Assembly: GCF_006345805.1 (NCBI RefSeq)
Contig: NC_043002.1
Span: 114,266,001-114,330,000, forward strand
Direction of reading: 5' to 3'
Origin: Octopus sinensis
Taxonomy: Eukaryota
Length of the DNA stretch: 64,000 nt
How positions within the stretch are numbered: the first letter of the stretch is position 1; every line of letters starts with the position of its first letter. Positions 24,461-37,494 of this stretch are shown one piece after another. Position numbers and translations under genes: made by a program. The notes below the pieces were generated by a model. The model worked only from the letters and a program-made list of their open reading frames with translations. It was not told the origin of the DNA and made no database searches.

Positions 24461-25299
24461 TAAAAACCTACAAGCCCTGTTAGATATTGATGATAAAGTT
24501 TTAATGATAAAGAGTTTGAAGAAGTCAATGATGTCATTGAGTTGAAAATACAGAAGTTCCAACCACTCTACTTCAATTGACTTCAAAGGATATTGATAAA
24601 GAGTAAGCATTTATAGAGGAAGGTTTGCAAATTTTTGGACAACAATCTCTGTGTTACAGAAAAACTCCATATTATGCACCTACTCAAATCCAAAGCAATT
24701 TTTCACCAATTCTAAGCAAAAGACTTAACGATGCTAATAAAAATGACAAGAACTCGTAATCATCTCAGTTCCTACACTGAGCTGTACAAGGAGATGGTGT
24801 GCCGAGAATACCAAACACATTTAAATAAGTTCTGACAATGATGATCTATCGGATTCTTTTTTTGCTCCCACTAACTGTTATTGTACCACCACGTGTCACA
24901 CAGCAGCGGCTCAATATTTTTCTTATTAGCGCATGTAAATATTATTGCAGTTATTCAGTTATTCCTTACGTTAAAACACCGAAAAGATAATCTATATCTA
25001 CAATCAAATTATTTGTTCATTCCATTTAACAGTGTTACTCAACGTTTTATTTATGAACATTCTCTACTGTAAACTAATTACGATAAAGCTAGGAAGTAAT
25101 GGCAGAGTCTGTACCAAAAAGCGAAGTCTGTACCTTCGCTGTTGAAGTCTATTAAGAACTCAGTCCTTCTGACGTTGATAAAAGAAATACCAATAACATA
25201 CTAAAGCTGATTCGACTGAGAAGCAGCTCTGTGTTTAACTACCAAACTAATAATTACTGGGATAGTATTGAATAAAACAAAAGATTCCCGTCTATATAT

Positions 25300-25531
25300 A
25301 TTTCTTTACTACCCACAAGGGGCTAAACACAGAGGGGACAAACAAGGACAGACAAAGGGATTAAGTCGATTACATCGACCCCAGTGCGTAACTGGTACTT
25401 AATTTATCGACCCCGAAAGGATGAAAGGCAAAGTCAACCTCGGCGGAATTTGAACTCGGAACGTAACGACAGACGAAATACGGCTTCGCAGGTCGCCCGG
25501 CGCGCTAACCACTCTGCCAGCTCGCCGCCTT
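25300..25531 (-). mobile_element. tRNA-derived SINE family C
   Basis: Head GGCGGCGAGCTGGCAGA, B box GAGTTCAAATTC, central GCCTTTCATCCTTTCGGGGTCGATAAA. 16-bp TSD ATTC(C/A)CGTCTATATAT at 25284-25299 and 25532-25547. Confidence 0.9.
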
Positions 25532-25730
25532 ATTCACGTCTATATATCTCTGACTAGAATAAGATTTTGAATCATGCATGTTTGTTAAAGAGAAGTTAGT
25601 ATTCTTCCAGGCATTTGCTTTAGCGCTTTATGCTTGTGACTTGTTGCTGTTTTTGCTGCTTAACTCCAATGTGAAAACTGTAGGGTGTGATTTCTATGCT
25701 CTTTCTAGTGACCAACCTAGTAAACGCTCC

Positions 25731-25810
25731 CATATTGGCTCATTTGGTTGTCTGTTCTTTTAACTAGTCGAGACTGGGAAACAATGCAACCATATTTTAT
25801 CCCCGGCTCA
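25731..25810. repeat. Second copy of the 80-bp segment
   Basis: See 22904-22990. Confidence 0.9.
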
Positions 25811-27714
25811 CTTCTTCACCTGATGTTTCTAGAATGTATTTCTAGATACTTTCCAGATTACTGTATCGTCAGTATTTTAGCATATTACAGTATTTTAGTA
25901 AATAATACTCCAATAAATTAACAACAAAGCTAAACTAAGAATTCTCAGTTTTGGGAATCACGGGTTCGGATGAAGCCCGTCTTTTTTTTTTTTTAAAAGG
26001 AGTGACATTTGCACATGAACTATGATTTTAAAACAGGATTCATTGTCAGAATTCTAAAGGAACAATCGATTTGGACGCAAGGAAATACAATCGTAAGATT
26101 AAGATATCCAGCTAAATTCCAGCCAACCAAATTATTTCCACATAATTTTTCTCAGTAAACTATTTCGTTGAATTTTATCTGTTTAAGGCGATCAGTTGTT
26201 TTATCTTCGTAGATATTCCTAAAGATATTGCGGTGGCTGTTTAGCAGAATGGCACCAAGGCAATTCTTTTAAGAATACATCACAAAACAAAGTATGCAAC
26301 GGTAGAAGTAATTACTTTAACGTCGTTATTCGTGATGGTAAAAAATCAATAAATGATATATTGGCACTAATTATCACATCTAGGCAATTACTGACAGATC
26401 TCGTCGTCAAAGAAGAAAAGAAAGTAACATTAAAAAGAATAAGAACGGGAAATTAACGAGAGAAAGCAGAAACGAATCCAACAGAAAAACAAATTAACAG
26501 TAGCTTAGAAGTATTTTAGTTTTAATTGGTTGGTTGATCGATGGCACTTAGTCATTCTGCTCTTGGTCTGGTTATACACAACGGTGAGCTATCCTGGGTG
26601 CTTAGCAAGATAAGAAAGATCATTAATCAACTAATTCATTCCATCAAGTCAAACTGCCACGACTTCTAAAGCCTCCATCATTTTGAAAGCGATGCACTTT
26701 CTTTCTATCGTAATATAGAAGTTTCCGTTTCAGTGATAGAAAGAGTTTGACTATCAGAATGGTTGCCTCTCTAACTAAAGGCTATAAGGGTCAACATTAA
26801 CCTGGAGGGATTATTTTATGAATAAAAAAATGTATTTTTGATTGAAATATTAGAAAAACAGTCTGGATTTCGGTTTCACTTCACCTACATAACTAATTTC
26901 TTTGAAAAAATCACAAATTTCTCTATTTTTAATTTACAATTTTATGGCATTAATAAGGCTAATCACCCATTGATAATTATAAAATATCGAGAAGCAGAAA
27001 ATGTAACATTGATTTTTGGTTTTATATCGTTTCTGTTTGATAAATAAGAAATATATGGCTAGCATTTTCTATCATTCTCGAAGTTCTGTATGAGCCAACA
27101 TGACTACTTGACTTATCAGAAATAGCAGCGAAATATCCCACCAGAGGCGAACATAATCAAAGCTGATTTGAGGATTAATAACGGCAATAACGACAACAAT
27201 GAGAACAACGATGGCTCTTTAGTATAGAACTGACACACTTTTCTTCAAGGGATCCTCAAAGTTCTAATCGAAAAAGAAAAAAAAAAAGAAAAAAAACAAA
27301 GACAAGCAGCAAGATACATAGAATGAAAAGAAACGGTCGTGAGCTGCCTTTAGACTGGTGACCATCAATGCCTCGATCGCTGCAGAGCAAACGGATTTCT
27401 TCGGACGTCTAGTAAGCGAATTAAAAAAGGGAAAATATTGGGAAAAATTAGAAGAGAGAAAAAAAATTACAATCGATGAGTTAGTGGTAAGAATAGTTTC
27501 TTGTACATTTATTCAACGTGACGCGTACTTTGCGTTCCCACGAAATCGGTTCAGCGCGCCATGACAACAAACCTGCAATTTGGTCTCTGAGAGCCCGAGA
27601 CAAACGCTTGCTACACGATTCCATACAGGTGTGTGTGTGTGTGTGTGTGTGTGTGTAGCTTTCAAGCTGTTTCCTTCTCAACTGTTCGTAGTTAAATTAA
27701 GACAGAAGCTGGTA

Positions 27715-27850
27715 GCTCTGTTCTGAGTTCAAATTCCTCCGAGGTCGACTTTGCCTTTCATCCTTTCGGGATCGATAAATTAAGTACCAGTGAAACCACT
27801 AGGGCCGATGTAATCGACTAGTACCTCACCACAAAATTCAGGCTGTTTAA
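27715..27850 (+). mobile_element. SINE family C, 5'-truncated
   Basis: GTTCTGAGTTCAAATTCCTCCGAGGTCGACTTTGCCTTTCATCC. Confidence 0.8.
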
Positions 27851-28459
27851 TGATGTTTTAAACTGAGTAACTAATTTAGTCCTTTTTATATTCGTTTGTG
27901 GCAAGTCGCCTTGTTTTTGTGTGGTTCTGCGTCGCTCGTGACAGGTGTTTTTCTTTTATTTTCTGTGTGTGTCGTGTAGTCATTATTTATGTAAATATTA
28001 GCCATGTGCACATGGATGTATGTATAGGTAATTATTCAATTTACGTACTTATTGTGTAAATGGTGTTTTTGGTGTGTTTTTCCAGGGTTCCTGGTGCTGG
28101 TTTCAACATCTTGCGTGTGTCACATTAAAATATCTTGCATTTAAGAAAGAAACTACACTGGATTTAACAAAAATCCTTCCGATTTTTAATTGCTCTGCTT
28201 TAACAGAACTCCCCCCACCAGATGTATCGCGAAGTTTTCCTTCCATTGCACCGTTGTTACTGGATTAAGTTTGTTTTGTGGAGAGAGCTTCTTAATGTAC
28301 GCCCACGTTGTTATTTAGCCCGGAGGTCTCCCTTCTTCTGCTTCTTCTTCTTCTTCTTCTTTGATGAAAAATCTCATCTTATTTTGTCGGGTATGATGGA
28401 AAGTGTCAGCTGTCCGCAGCCAACAGAGTAAGGTAACGCTTGTTTACTGGTCGTGCTCA

Positions 28460-28930
28460 AGAATACTGTGAAGAATTCGTGCTGTTCCAAACAGTGCAGA
28501 TTTTTTATAGGTGTTCCATCTTTACATTTGCACCAATCCTTTTGAGCTACGTTGGTAGTTGGGTGCTGATACTTTCAAGTGCACCAATCACCTTATTGGC
28601 CATAACCTTTGTATTTCCGACTTCAGATCGTTGTAGTTGTTCAGTTTTTCTTCTGAAGGATCCTGATGTCACTGGGACATGCTTTATCGATTATCATGCG
28701 AGTTCTTTCTTCAACAATAATGTCCGATTTCCATTGTCTGGTCACATGATCGCTCTAAATCCCACATGATTTTGCAATCTTTATTTTCGGTGACTCCTGC
28801 TGGGGTTTCTCATTCCACATCTTTGCTCTTTGTAGGCCGTGATTTCCACAGAGCTCTCCGATTTCGAATTCTTGACACATTGTCATGTTGTATTTTTTGT
28901 AATCGCGTTGTGCCAATTTCGCGCATTTGC
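28460..28930 (-). mobile_element. RLE-type non-LTR retrotransposon (R4/Dong/HERO-like) C-terminal remnant
   Basis: Broken frames give KLAQRDYKK-HDNV, GVTENKDCKIMWD, YNDLKSEIQRLW and KSALFGTARIL. Confidence 0.8.
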
Positions 28931-28974
28931 TAACGTTTTACCCCTCTCACCTCACATTCTGCATTTGTCTACGG

Positions 28975-29770
28975 CGGAGAACTGGCAGAATGGTTAGTAC
29001 ATCGGACAAAATGCTTTGTGGCATTTTGTATTTTTGGAGCACAAATTCCGCTGAATCGAATTTGTCTTTTAACCTTTCGGAGTCGATAAAAAAATGACAG
29101 TTAAGCACTGGGGCCGTTGTAATCGATTAGCCCCCTCCCCAAAATTTCAGGCCATCTGCCTATAATAGAAAGAATTATTAAGTCAGCGCGCTGGCCGAAT
29201 CGACAGCACGCTGAAAAAAATGTTTCGTTCGTCTTTATGTTTTGAGTTCAAATTCTGCTGAGGTCCACTACGATTTTTATCCTTCGATAAAAAAAAGTAA
29301 TAGTTGATCTATGGGAGTCGATGTAATCTAGGAGCACTCCGTCGGTTACGACGATGAGGGTCCCAGCTGATACGATCAACGGAACAGCTTGCTCGTGGAA
29401 TTAATGTGCAAGTGGCTGAGCATTCCACAGGCACATGTACCCTTAACGTAGTTATCGAGGAGATTCAGCGTGACACAGAGAGTGACAAGGCCGGCCCTTT
29501 GAAATACAGGTACAAGAGAAACAGGAAGAAAGAGTGAGAGAAAGTTGTGGTGAAAGAGTACAGCAGGGTTCACCACCACCCCCTGCAGGAGCCTTGTGAA
29601 GCTTTAGGTGTTTTCGCTCAATAAACACTCACAATGCCCGGTCTGGGAATCGAAACCGCGATCCTACGACCGCGAGTTCGCTGCCATAACCACTGGGCCA
29701 TTGCGCCTCCACCGATGTAATCTACTAACCCTCGCTCCAAAATTCCAGGCCTTATATATATAGTAGAAAT
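28975..29770 (+). mobile_element. Two diverged family C-like SINEs, the second interrupted by a family D SINE
   Basis: Two tRNA-like heads at about 28975 and 29185. The second resumes at 29713 after the insertion. Confidence 0.65.
29331..29712 (-). mobile_element. tRNA-derived SINE family D
   Basis: Head GGAGGCGCAATGGCCCAGTGG. 12-bp TSD CGATGTAATCTA at 29319-29330 and 29713-29724. Confidence 0.9.
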
Positions 29771-30540
29771 TATTATTAATATCATCCTCAACGTATTTTA
29801 GTTTTTGTTTTCCTGTAATAGGGGTAAAAAAAAAAAAGAGAAATTATTTTATATTTCATCTTTTAACTTTATTGTAAGAAAAGTATTTTTATAAATTAAA
29901 GTAGATTTTTTCCACTTTAAGAACATTTAATAAATCAAGCGCATGATAAGTAAGGTGTTTCAATACACTCAACAACAAATGAATCGAAGTAGCTTCCGAG
30001 CGCCTGATTCATATTATATTCTGAAACATGAAAGCGCAACATAAGAAAACATTAATACTGGTCTCTTTTGTAAAAAAATATATTTCTTTGTGTTTCCCGA
30101 TTCATCTCCAAACTTTTCACTTGAGTAATAACATTATATTCTTATCAACTCGTCTATTAACCACGTGTGTATAGCACAAACAAAACTGAAATAGATATTG
30201 ATCTCTCGAATGACTCTAAAGTAGAATAGAATAGCAAGTATATGTTAGTGGATAGAAAGGCACAAATGGAAGACTGGCAGACATTAATACACAAGCACAG
30301 GTGTCTTATGACGAACGGCATTATAATTAAATACATAAAAGTGTTGGGAAAATGTATTTGCTTAATTCTAGAAAAAATTTCTTGAAAATCAGTTGACATC
30401 TTCCATTTTTATCTTTTCTTCACATTTTCGCACACACAGAAACAAAACAGACACATACACATACGCACATAGGCACACGCACACACACACACACACACAT
30501 TCTTATTCGATCTTGCCGCCAGTTCAGACAGGTCAAGCTA

Positions 30541-30732
30541 TGGATGTATGTATATGTATGTATGTATGTGTGTATGTATGTATGTATGTATGTATGTATG
30601 TATGTATGTATGTATGTATGTATGTATGTATGTATATATGTATGTATGTATGTATGTGTGTATGTATGTATGTATGTATGTATATATGTATGTGTGTATG
30701 TATGTATGTATGTATGTATGTATATATGTATG

Positions 30733-30766
<34 letters not shown>

Positions 30767-30876
30767 TGTATGTATGTGTGTATATATGTATGTATGTATG
30801 TATGTGTGTATGTATGTATGTATGTATGTATATATGTATGTGTGTATGTATGTATGTATGTATGTATATATGTATG

Positions 30877-30910
<34 letters not shown>

Positions 30911-31024
30911 TGTATGTATGTATGTGTGTATGTTTGTATGTATGTGTGTATGTATGTATGTATGTATGTATATATGTATGTATATATGTATGTGTGTATG
31001 TATGTATGTATGTATATATGTATG

Positions 31025-31058
<34 letters not shown>

Positions 31059-31084
31059 TGTATGTATGTATGTATGTATGTGTG

Positions 31085-31118
<34 letters not shown>

Positions 31119-31176
31119 TGTATGTATGTATGTGTGTATGTATGTATATATGTATGTATGTATGTATATATGTATG

Positions 31177-31209
<33 letters not shown>

Positions 31210-31312
31210 GTGTATGTATGTATGTATGTATGTATGTATGTGTGTATGTATGTATGTATGTATGTATGTGTGTATGTATGTATATATGTATGTATGTATG
31301 TATATATGTATG

Positions 31313-31346
<34 letters not shown>

Positions 31347-31512
31347 TGTATGTATGTGTGTATGTATGTATGTATGTATGTATGTATGTATGTATGTATG
31401 TATGTATGTGTGTATGTATGTATGTATGTATGTGTGTATGTATGTATGTATGTATGTATGTATGTATGTATGTGTGTATGTATGTATATATGTATGTATG
31501 TATATATGTATG

Positions 31513-31546
<34 letters not shown>

Positions 31547-31668
31547 TGTATGTATGTGTGTATGTATGTATGTATGTATGTATGTATGTGTGTATGTATG
31601 TATGTATGTATGTATGTATGTATGTGTGTATGTATGTATATATGTATGTATGTATGTATATATGTATG

Positions 31669-31701
<33 letters not shown>

Positions 31702-31860
31702 GTGTATGTATGTATGTATGTATGTATGTATGTATGTATGTATGTATGTATGTGTGTATGTATGCATGCATGCATGTATGTATGTATGTATGTATGTATA
31801 TATGTATGTATACATGTATGTATATATGCATGTATGTATGTATGTATGTATATATGTATG

Positions 31861-31919
<59 letters not shown>

Positions 31920-31930
31920 ATATGTATGTA

Positions 31931-31966
<36 letters not shown>

Positions 31967-32020
31967 TGTATGTATGTATGTATGTATGTATGTATGTATG
32001 TATGTATGTATGTATGTATG

Positions 32021-32052
<32 letters not shown>

Positions 32053-32066
32053 TGTATGTATGTATG

Positions 32067-32097
<31 letters not shown>

Positions 32098-32170
32098 ATA
32101 TGTATGTATGTATGTATGTATATATGTATGTATGTATGTATGCATGCATGTATGTATGTATGTATATATA
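30541..32170. repeat. About 1.6-kb (TATG)n array with TATA/TGTG/CATG variants
   Basis: Direct. Source of five spurious 535-599-aa ORFs. Confidence 0.97.
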
Positions 32171-32227
32171 TGTGTGTGTGTGTGTGTGAGTGCGTGCGCG
32201 CGTGCGTGTGTGTGTGCATATAAATGA

Positions 32228-32470
32228 TGAAAGGTCTTCCCCGAGCCTTAGGCTCATAAGGCCGGTTTCCTTATAAGGCCGGTTTCTGTGACGTATATAC
32301 TTCATCTCCAACCCCGGACGAGACGCCGATCCGTCCCTGGATTATTCATTCTTACCAGCCGAGCGGACAGGTGGAACGTGAAAGGAATTGTTTTGCTCAA
32401 GAACCAAATGTATCATCAGGGTCAGGGATCGAAACCACACCTTTACGATCATGAGTGCAACACCAAAACC
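32228..32470 (-). mobile_element. tRNA-derived SINE (family B-like head, tail shared with 10135-10435)
   Basis: Minus strand GGTTTCGATCCC B box, TTCTTGAGCAAAAC block, tail GAAACCGGCCTTATGAGCC (internally duplicated). Confidence 0.65.
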
Positions 32471-32500
32471 GTGACAAAGTCACGCGCCTCCACACGCACG

Positions 32501-32547
<47 letters not shown>

Positions 32548-32591
32548 ACACACGCACGCAACAACACACACACACACACATACACACACAT

Positions 32592-33075
32592 ATAAATAAA
32601 AACTTTAAGTAAAACCCTTGGTTCAATAACACTGTGTATAAACTCTATATTTGGAATGACCAATTTTAAATAGTATTGGATTTTACTCACAAGGTATTGG
32701 AATCTTATATGTATACCATTCTGCCTAAATAATGAATCTACAAATACAATATCCTTGCATATCTCACATCTATTTTCATTCTTCCACTTCACTCTCCATT
32801 TCGTATCTTATCTAAATTAACGATTACTTAACCATTTTCTCACACCGTCTCCGATGAAGGGATATAATAAATATCCTAGTAACAGCTGTAAGACCTATTT
32901 ATAAATGTTCTAAAATCTATACAGTCCTGGGTTTTTTTATCTCATTACGAAAAAAATCTTTTTATATACACACGCTGATATATGACCTACGATGGACCCC
33001 TTTTTCGCATAATCACCGAGTCTTGGAACTTAACTATGGTCTATCCATAGCACTTATTCAGCATTACCTGACACA
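32592..33075 (+). mobile_element. PLE pLTR-like family P1, copy 2
   Basis: Reverse complement of 1627-2080. HHR-like motif at 32847-32894 with GAAA mutated to GTAA. Confidence 0.7.
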
Positions 33076-33479
33076 CATACACACATGTATATATAAATAG
33101 GTAAATAAATATATACATACGCATACACACCCACATATATGTGAATGGATACATTTGGATGCATATGTATGTACGATATTTAGACAAACAGACATATGTA
33201 TATTTTGTATTCTTTTTCTGATAGAGTTTTATAGTTTATTTTGAATAATCACCTGCACTGTAGCCAGGTCATAAATAAAATATATAATAGAAAAGGCTGT
33301 TCTTTTTTGTAATCATTAAACTCTTCAATTTTCAGAAGATCTTACTAATTTTATTGTCACAGTTATGAAGATCACTTGTGCAAGAATTACTGAGCTATGT
33401 TCTTCATCTAAAACTGTAAGTACTGCTATACTTTCACCCAAGAAAGTTAGTATATATCCTGTTGTTCCAATAACATTGT

Positions 33480-33720
33480 GTGATTTTGGTACTAGATTTG
33501 TAAATTTTGCATCAACCGTTTTTGTGCGATCCAGATATGTGGGCATTGTTTCGAGCAAGACGTCCGCACATATTTCACGAGCATAGCAGTTGTAATCAAC
33601 AACCGTCCAGTAGCTCATCTCCAGTTATTCCACACAAAACCACAAACATGAGGTTGTGGAGACATTCAGAAAATAGGCACTTGTCTAAGAAAATAGACAC
33701 GCAGAGACAATACACGTGGC
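33480..33720 (-). mobile_element. Probable decayed Merlin (IS1016-like) transposase fragment
   Basis: TVVDYNCYAREICADVLLE followed by a frameshifted ISGSHK-TVDAKF resembles Merlin TVVDWxNFCREVC...IGGxGKTVEIDESKF. Confidence 0.45.
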
Positions 33721-34166
33721 TGTAGGAGTTTAAGCAGACTATGTGGCATGTTACAATGGAAAACGGCACCGATATGTCTGTGGTTTGCAATTGCCTAACA
33801 TTACCCAAAATTACTTGTAAATTTTAAAAGCTATTAACTTTTTATCTATTAATTTATGGCAAAAATGAATCTGATTTTCATTTGCATACAAAACTACATC
33901 AGTTCACCAAATTTGAAAATGATTGAAGCAAAATTAAAAAAAAATTAAAAACTGTGATAGCAACAGAAAAGATCCTACATTATTCTGATATTTATTTCAT
34001 CATATTTTCTGCAAGGAGCCAGCTGACTTCGACAGCAGAGCATAATTTCATTTTGCACTCTTAAGAATATCAGTTCTATTGCATTTTAAACTAACTTTCA
34101 ACAATTTTCAACAATTTTCAACTATGCACAGACATAGCAAAAGTAATTAGACTCTCTCATCATTCA

Positions 34167-34252
<86 letters not shown>

Positions 34253-34255
<3 letters not shown>

Positions 34256-34440
34256 AGAATTCACAAAAAACAAAAGACGAAGACAGGTGGTGTAGACAAC
34301 AAACAGATGTATTAGTTTAACGCTCGGGAAGTGAAAAGGTCTTTAACGTTTCGAGCCTACGCTCTTCCACAGAAAGGAACACAGAAAGAAACAAGGAGAG
34401 AAAATAAAGAATATATAGTGGCTAGCGATCTATCATGGCG
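34253..34440 (-). mobile_element. PLE pLTR-like family P3 adjoining (TA)n, with degenerate HHR at 34341-34376
   Basis: Near copy at 43799-43985. Minus strand CTTT-CTGTGGA-A-GAGC-GTAG-GCTC-GAAAC-GTT-AAAG. Confidence 0.6.
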
Positions 34441-34937
34441 AATGCCGGACAGAAAGATCACACAGGAGAGCTAGGAAGTAGGGGAGATAATAAAGTAGTG
34501 GTGATTCCAAAACGAAGGTGCGCGTGCGTATGTATCGGAGAGTATGTATGTGCGTGTGGAAGAGGGCTGGTGACCTTGATGTGTGCGTGTGTGTATGTGT
34601 AGGTGTGAATATGTCAGTGCTGGTGTGTGCGTGGTGGTGTGATGTGATGTAAATGTTGTGTGGTATGGTGGTGTATGGTGTAGTGGTGTGTGGTGTGGTG
34701 TGATGGTATGGTGTGATGTCTGTGTATATACTTTTGTGTCATCGAACTCGAGCTGTTTCTCTTTATTAGTCCTGTTTTTAAAATTTGTAATTTTTATTTC
34801 AGATTATTCTGACAATCACATCATGACACACGAGAAGGTAGTTTCACGAAGATATTATCTCACAGCTGACAATGATGGGGCTAATGCCTTCAGTTTTCGT
34901 TTCGCTTTTTCTATATCTGTTGTCAGCTGATGCCTTT

Positions 34938-35023
<86 letters not shown>

Positions 35024-35263
35024 TAATTGAGTAGTTGAATGAATTATCTTATTATGGATAATTCGGTTAACCGATACCTGGGTAGCAAATTCACGTCAGA
35101 AAAACACGGTTGAAGCTACATGCCTAGGGCAGAGATCACGTGCTATCGTGTGGAAATTTGTGTGTTTTTTTAATACAAATAAATGAAAGAATGGAGCTGA
35201 ACGACGAATTAACAAAATTCGTTTATTTTATTTTCGACATATATATATATATATATTTATTTC

Positions 35264-35341
<78 letters not shown>

Positions 35342-35619
35342 GTGTGTGTGTGTGCGTGCGTGTGTGTGTGTGTGTGGATGATCTTTTCTAATTTTAAAGT
35401 ATTTAAACTCTTCCTCTGAAGAAAGAGCTGGTTGCGGGTTTCTAAGGAAAATACAAAGCTCCATCGTGGGAACGCAGATAACAAATGCAAATTCTTATTT
35501 TAAACTTGAGAAAATTCTCGTATATTTTTACTGTTCCGGTTACAGATTGTAGCTTTAATGTGCGCGTTAACTGGTTGATTCTTTATCTGAAAACCTCAGC
35601 TTATCCAAATTGTCACTTT

Positions 35620-36060
35620 GGCATTAATTCACAAAACCAAGTGCACCGAATATTATTGGTATAATTGTGAATTTATGATATGGGTATAGAAGCTGGAGAT
35701 TTGAAAGCAGTTGTCCGAAGTTATTCTCTTTCTCTTAGATTTTGGAAACACATCAGCAGGGCAGCAAAATCAGGCTGTTATGTTTACACTTGTTAGAAAT
35801 TTTGATAGGGAAGTTCCACCAATATTCCTTGTGTTGATGATTATATATGTATGTATTCAATAACAGGGGGCGGTCTCTATATTTGTTCCAGGACAGTCTT
35901 TTTTTTTCGGATGGCATTGTATATTATTTTAACGACCAGGGACCTGTTGCATAGGGAAGCAGTATACCTTGATGACATTTCTGGGCAGCTGCCGAACACA
36001 TGCTTGATGTGTTCCACAAAAATGTGACATAATCGATATTTTCAGTTGCATCGTAGGATT
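35620..36060 (-). mobile_element. RLE-type LINE C-terminal remnant
   Basis: YRLCHIFVEHIKHVFGSCPEMSSRY (CCHC-like), EYWWNFPIK..KCKHN, FGQLLSNLQLLYPYHKFTIIP. Confidence 0.8.
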
Positions 36061-36119
36061 TCAAGGTCTTCATCGTCTCTGTGTGTATTTCCCTCGCTTT
36101 CTCTCGCTCTATGTGTGTG

Positions 36120-36490
36120 TGTGTATGTATGTATGTATGTATGTATGTATGTATGTATGTATGTATGTATGTATGAATGTATGAATGTATGTATGTATGT
36201 ATGTATATGTATTATGTATGTATGTATGTATGTATGTATGTATGTATGCATGTATGTATGTATGTATGCATGTATGTATGTATGTATGTATGTATGAATG
36301 TATGTATGTATGTATGTATGTATGTATGTATGCATGTATGTATGCATGTATGTATGTATGTATGCATGTATGTATGCATGTATGTATGTATGTATGCATG
36401 TATGTATGCATGTATGTATGTATGTATGTATGCATGTATATATATATATGCATGTATGCATGTATGCATAAATACATGTATGTATGTATG
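36120..36490. repeat. (TATG)n/(CATG) microsatellite
   Basis: Direct. Confidence 0.95.
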
Positions 36491-36691
36491 TTGATGTTTA
36501 TCTTTAGGTCAACTTTGAATGAAATAGGAGGCAATGGTGTTTCAGCCGTGACTAAATCTTAACTTATTCTTAGGACTACAATGTCCAGTGTCTGGTTTTC
36601 TTTAAGTCGGTAGGACGTGAATGGAAGGAGTGTGAGAGTGCTATTTCAAACAGGTTGAGCGAGCGCGGACAAACTCACTAAATAGCACATA

Positions 36692-36740
<49 letters not shown>

Positions 36741-36875
36741 ATGTATGTATAGATGTATGAAATAAGTATATATATATTGGATGGTCTTTCATTAATACAA
36801 GGACAAACCGTTTGACTCAAACTTCCTCTCAAACTTGCTATAATGTAATACATGTCTTTGGTGTGGTAATTGTAC

Positions 36876-36962
36876 GCAGCTGAAGAAGGCTGTTGACCTA
36901 CATGTTATATCAATTATGCATTGATATAAATTGCTCAATAAAGCCAGAAACATATGTACCGC
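36876..36962 (+). ncRNA. Type I HHR-like motif with extended helix II
   Basis: GCAG-CTGAAGA-A-GGCT...AGCC-A-GAAAC-ATAT-GTA-CCGC. Internal 10-bp hairpin TTATATCAAT/ATTGATATAA. One mismatch in helix I. Confidence 0.55.
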
Positions 36963-37011
36963 AAAATCTTTGCATCCTGTTTCTTCTTTTGATATGTATA
37001 TATATATATAT

Positions 37012-37225
37012 ATATCTGTGTGTGTCTGTGTTTGCCCTCCCTATCACAGCTTCACAACCGGTGCTAGTGTGTTTACATCCCTGTAACATAGTAGTTTGGC
37101 AAAAGAGACCGATAGAATAAGTACTAGGCTTAAAAAAAGTCCTGGGGTCGATTAATACTCAACTAATACTCTTGAAGACGGTGCTCCAGCATGACCGCAA
37201 TCAAGTGACTGAAACAAATAAAAGA
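37012..37225 (+). mobile_element. SINE family A 3' half
   Basis: Tail GGTGCTCCAGCATGACCGCAATCAAGTGACTGAAAC. Confidence 0.8.
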
Positions 37226-37494
37226 AATATGAGAAAGCCTCCGTTTGGTGCAATCCTGAATTTTCTACAGCGTATCTGTAGAAAATGTACTGAGTTTGGT
37301 ACATTGAATGTTCATTTTTTTCGTCATTTGGAGTAAACCTAACGTATGCAAATTACTGAAGCTACGCACTACGACCTCTAGCTAATGACAGAACCTCTAC
37401 TCACTCGCTAAAACTACTACAAGTAACTGTTAAATATCCCTCAAATTACAGTGTTGCCTTACGAAGAGGAAAAGGCTTCTTGGCTAATGTAGTT

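Noticed and set aside
30393-32311. Five ORFs of 535-599 aa
   Set aside because: They are translations of (TATG)n (MYVC/HTYI repeats), open only because the repeat lacks stop codons. The same applies to the CV/HT/IY/poly-I/poly-N ORFs elsewhere.
33325-33618. 97-aa ORF as a host exon
   Set aside because: Better explained as a frameshifted Merlin-like transposase relic. No convincing splice signals.
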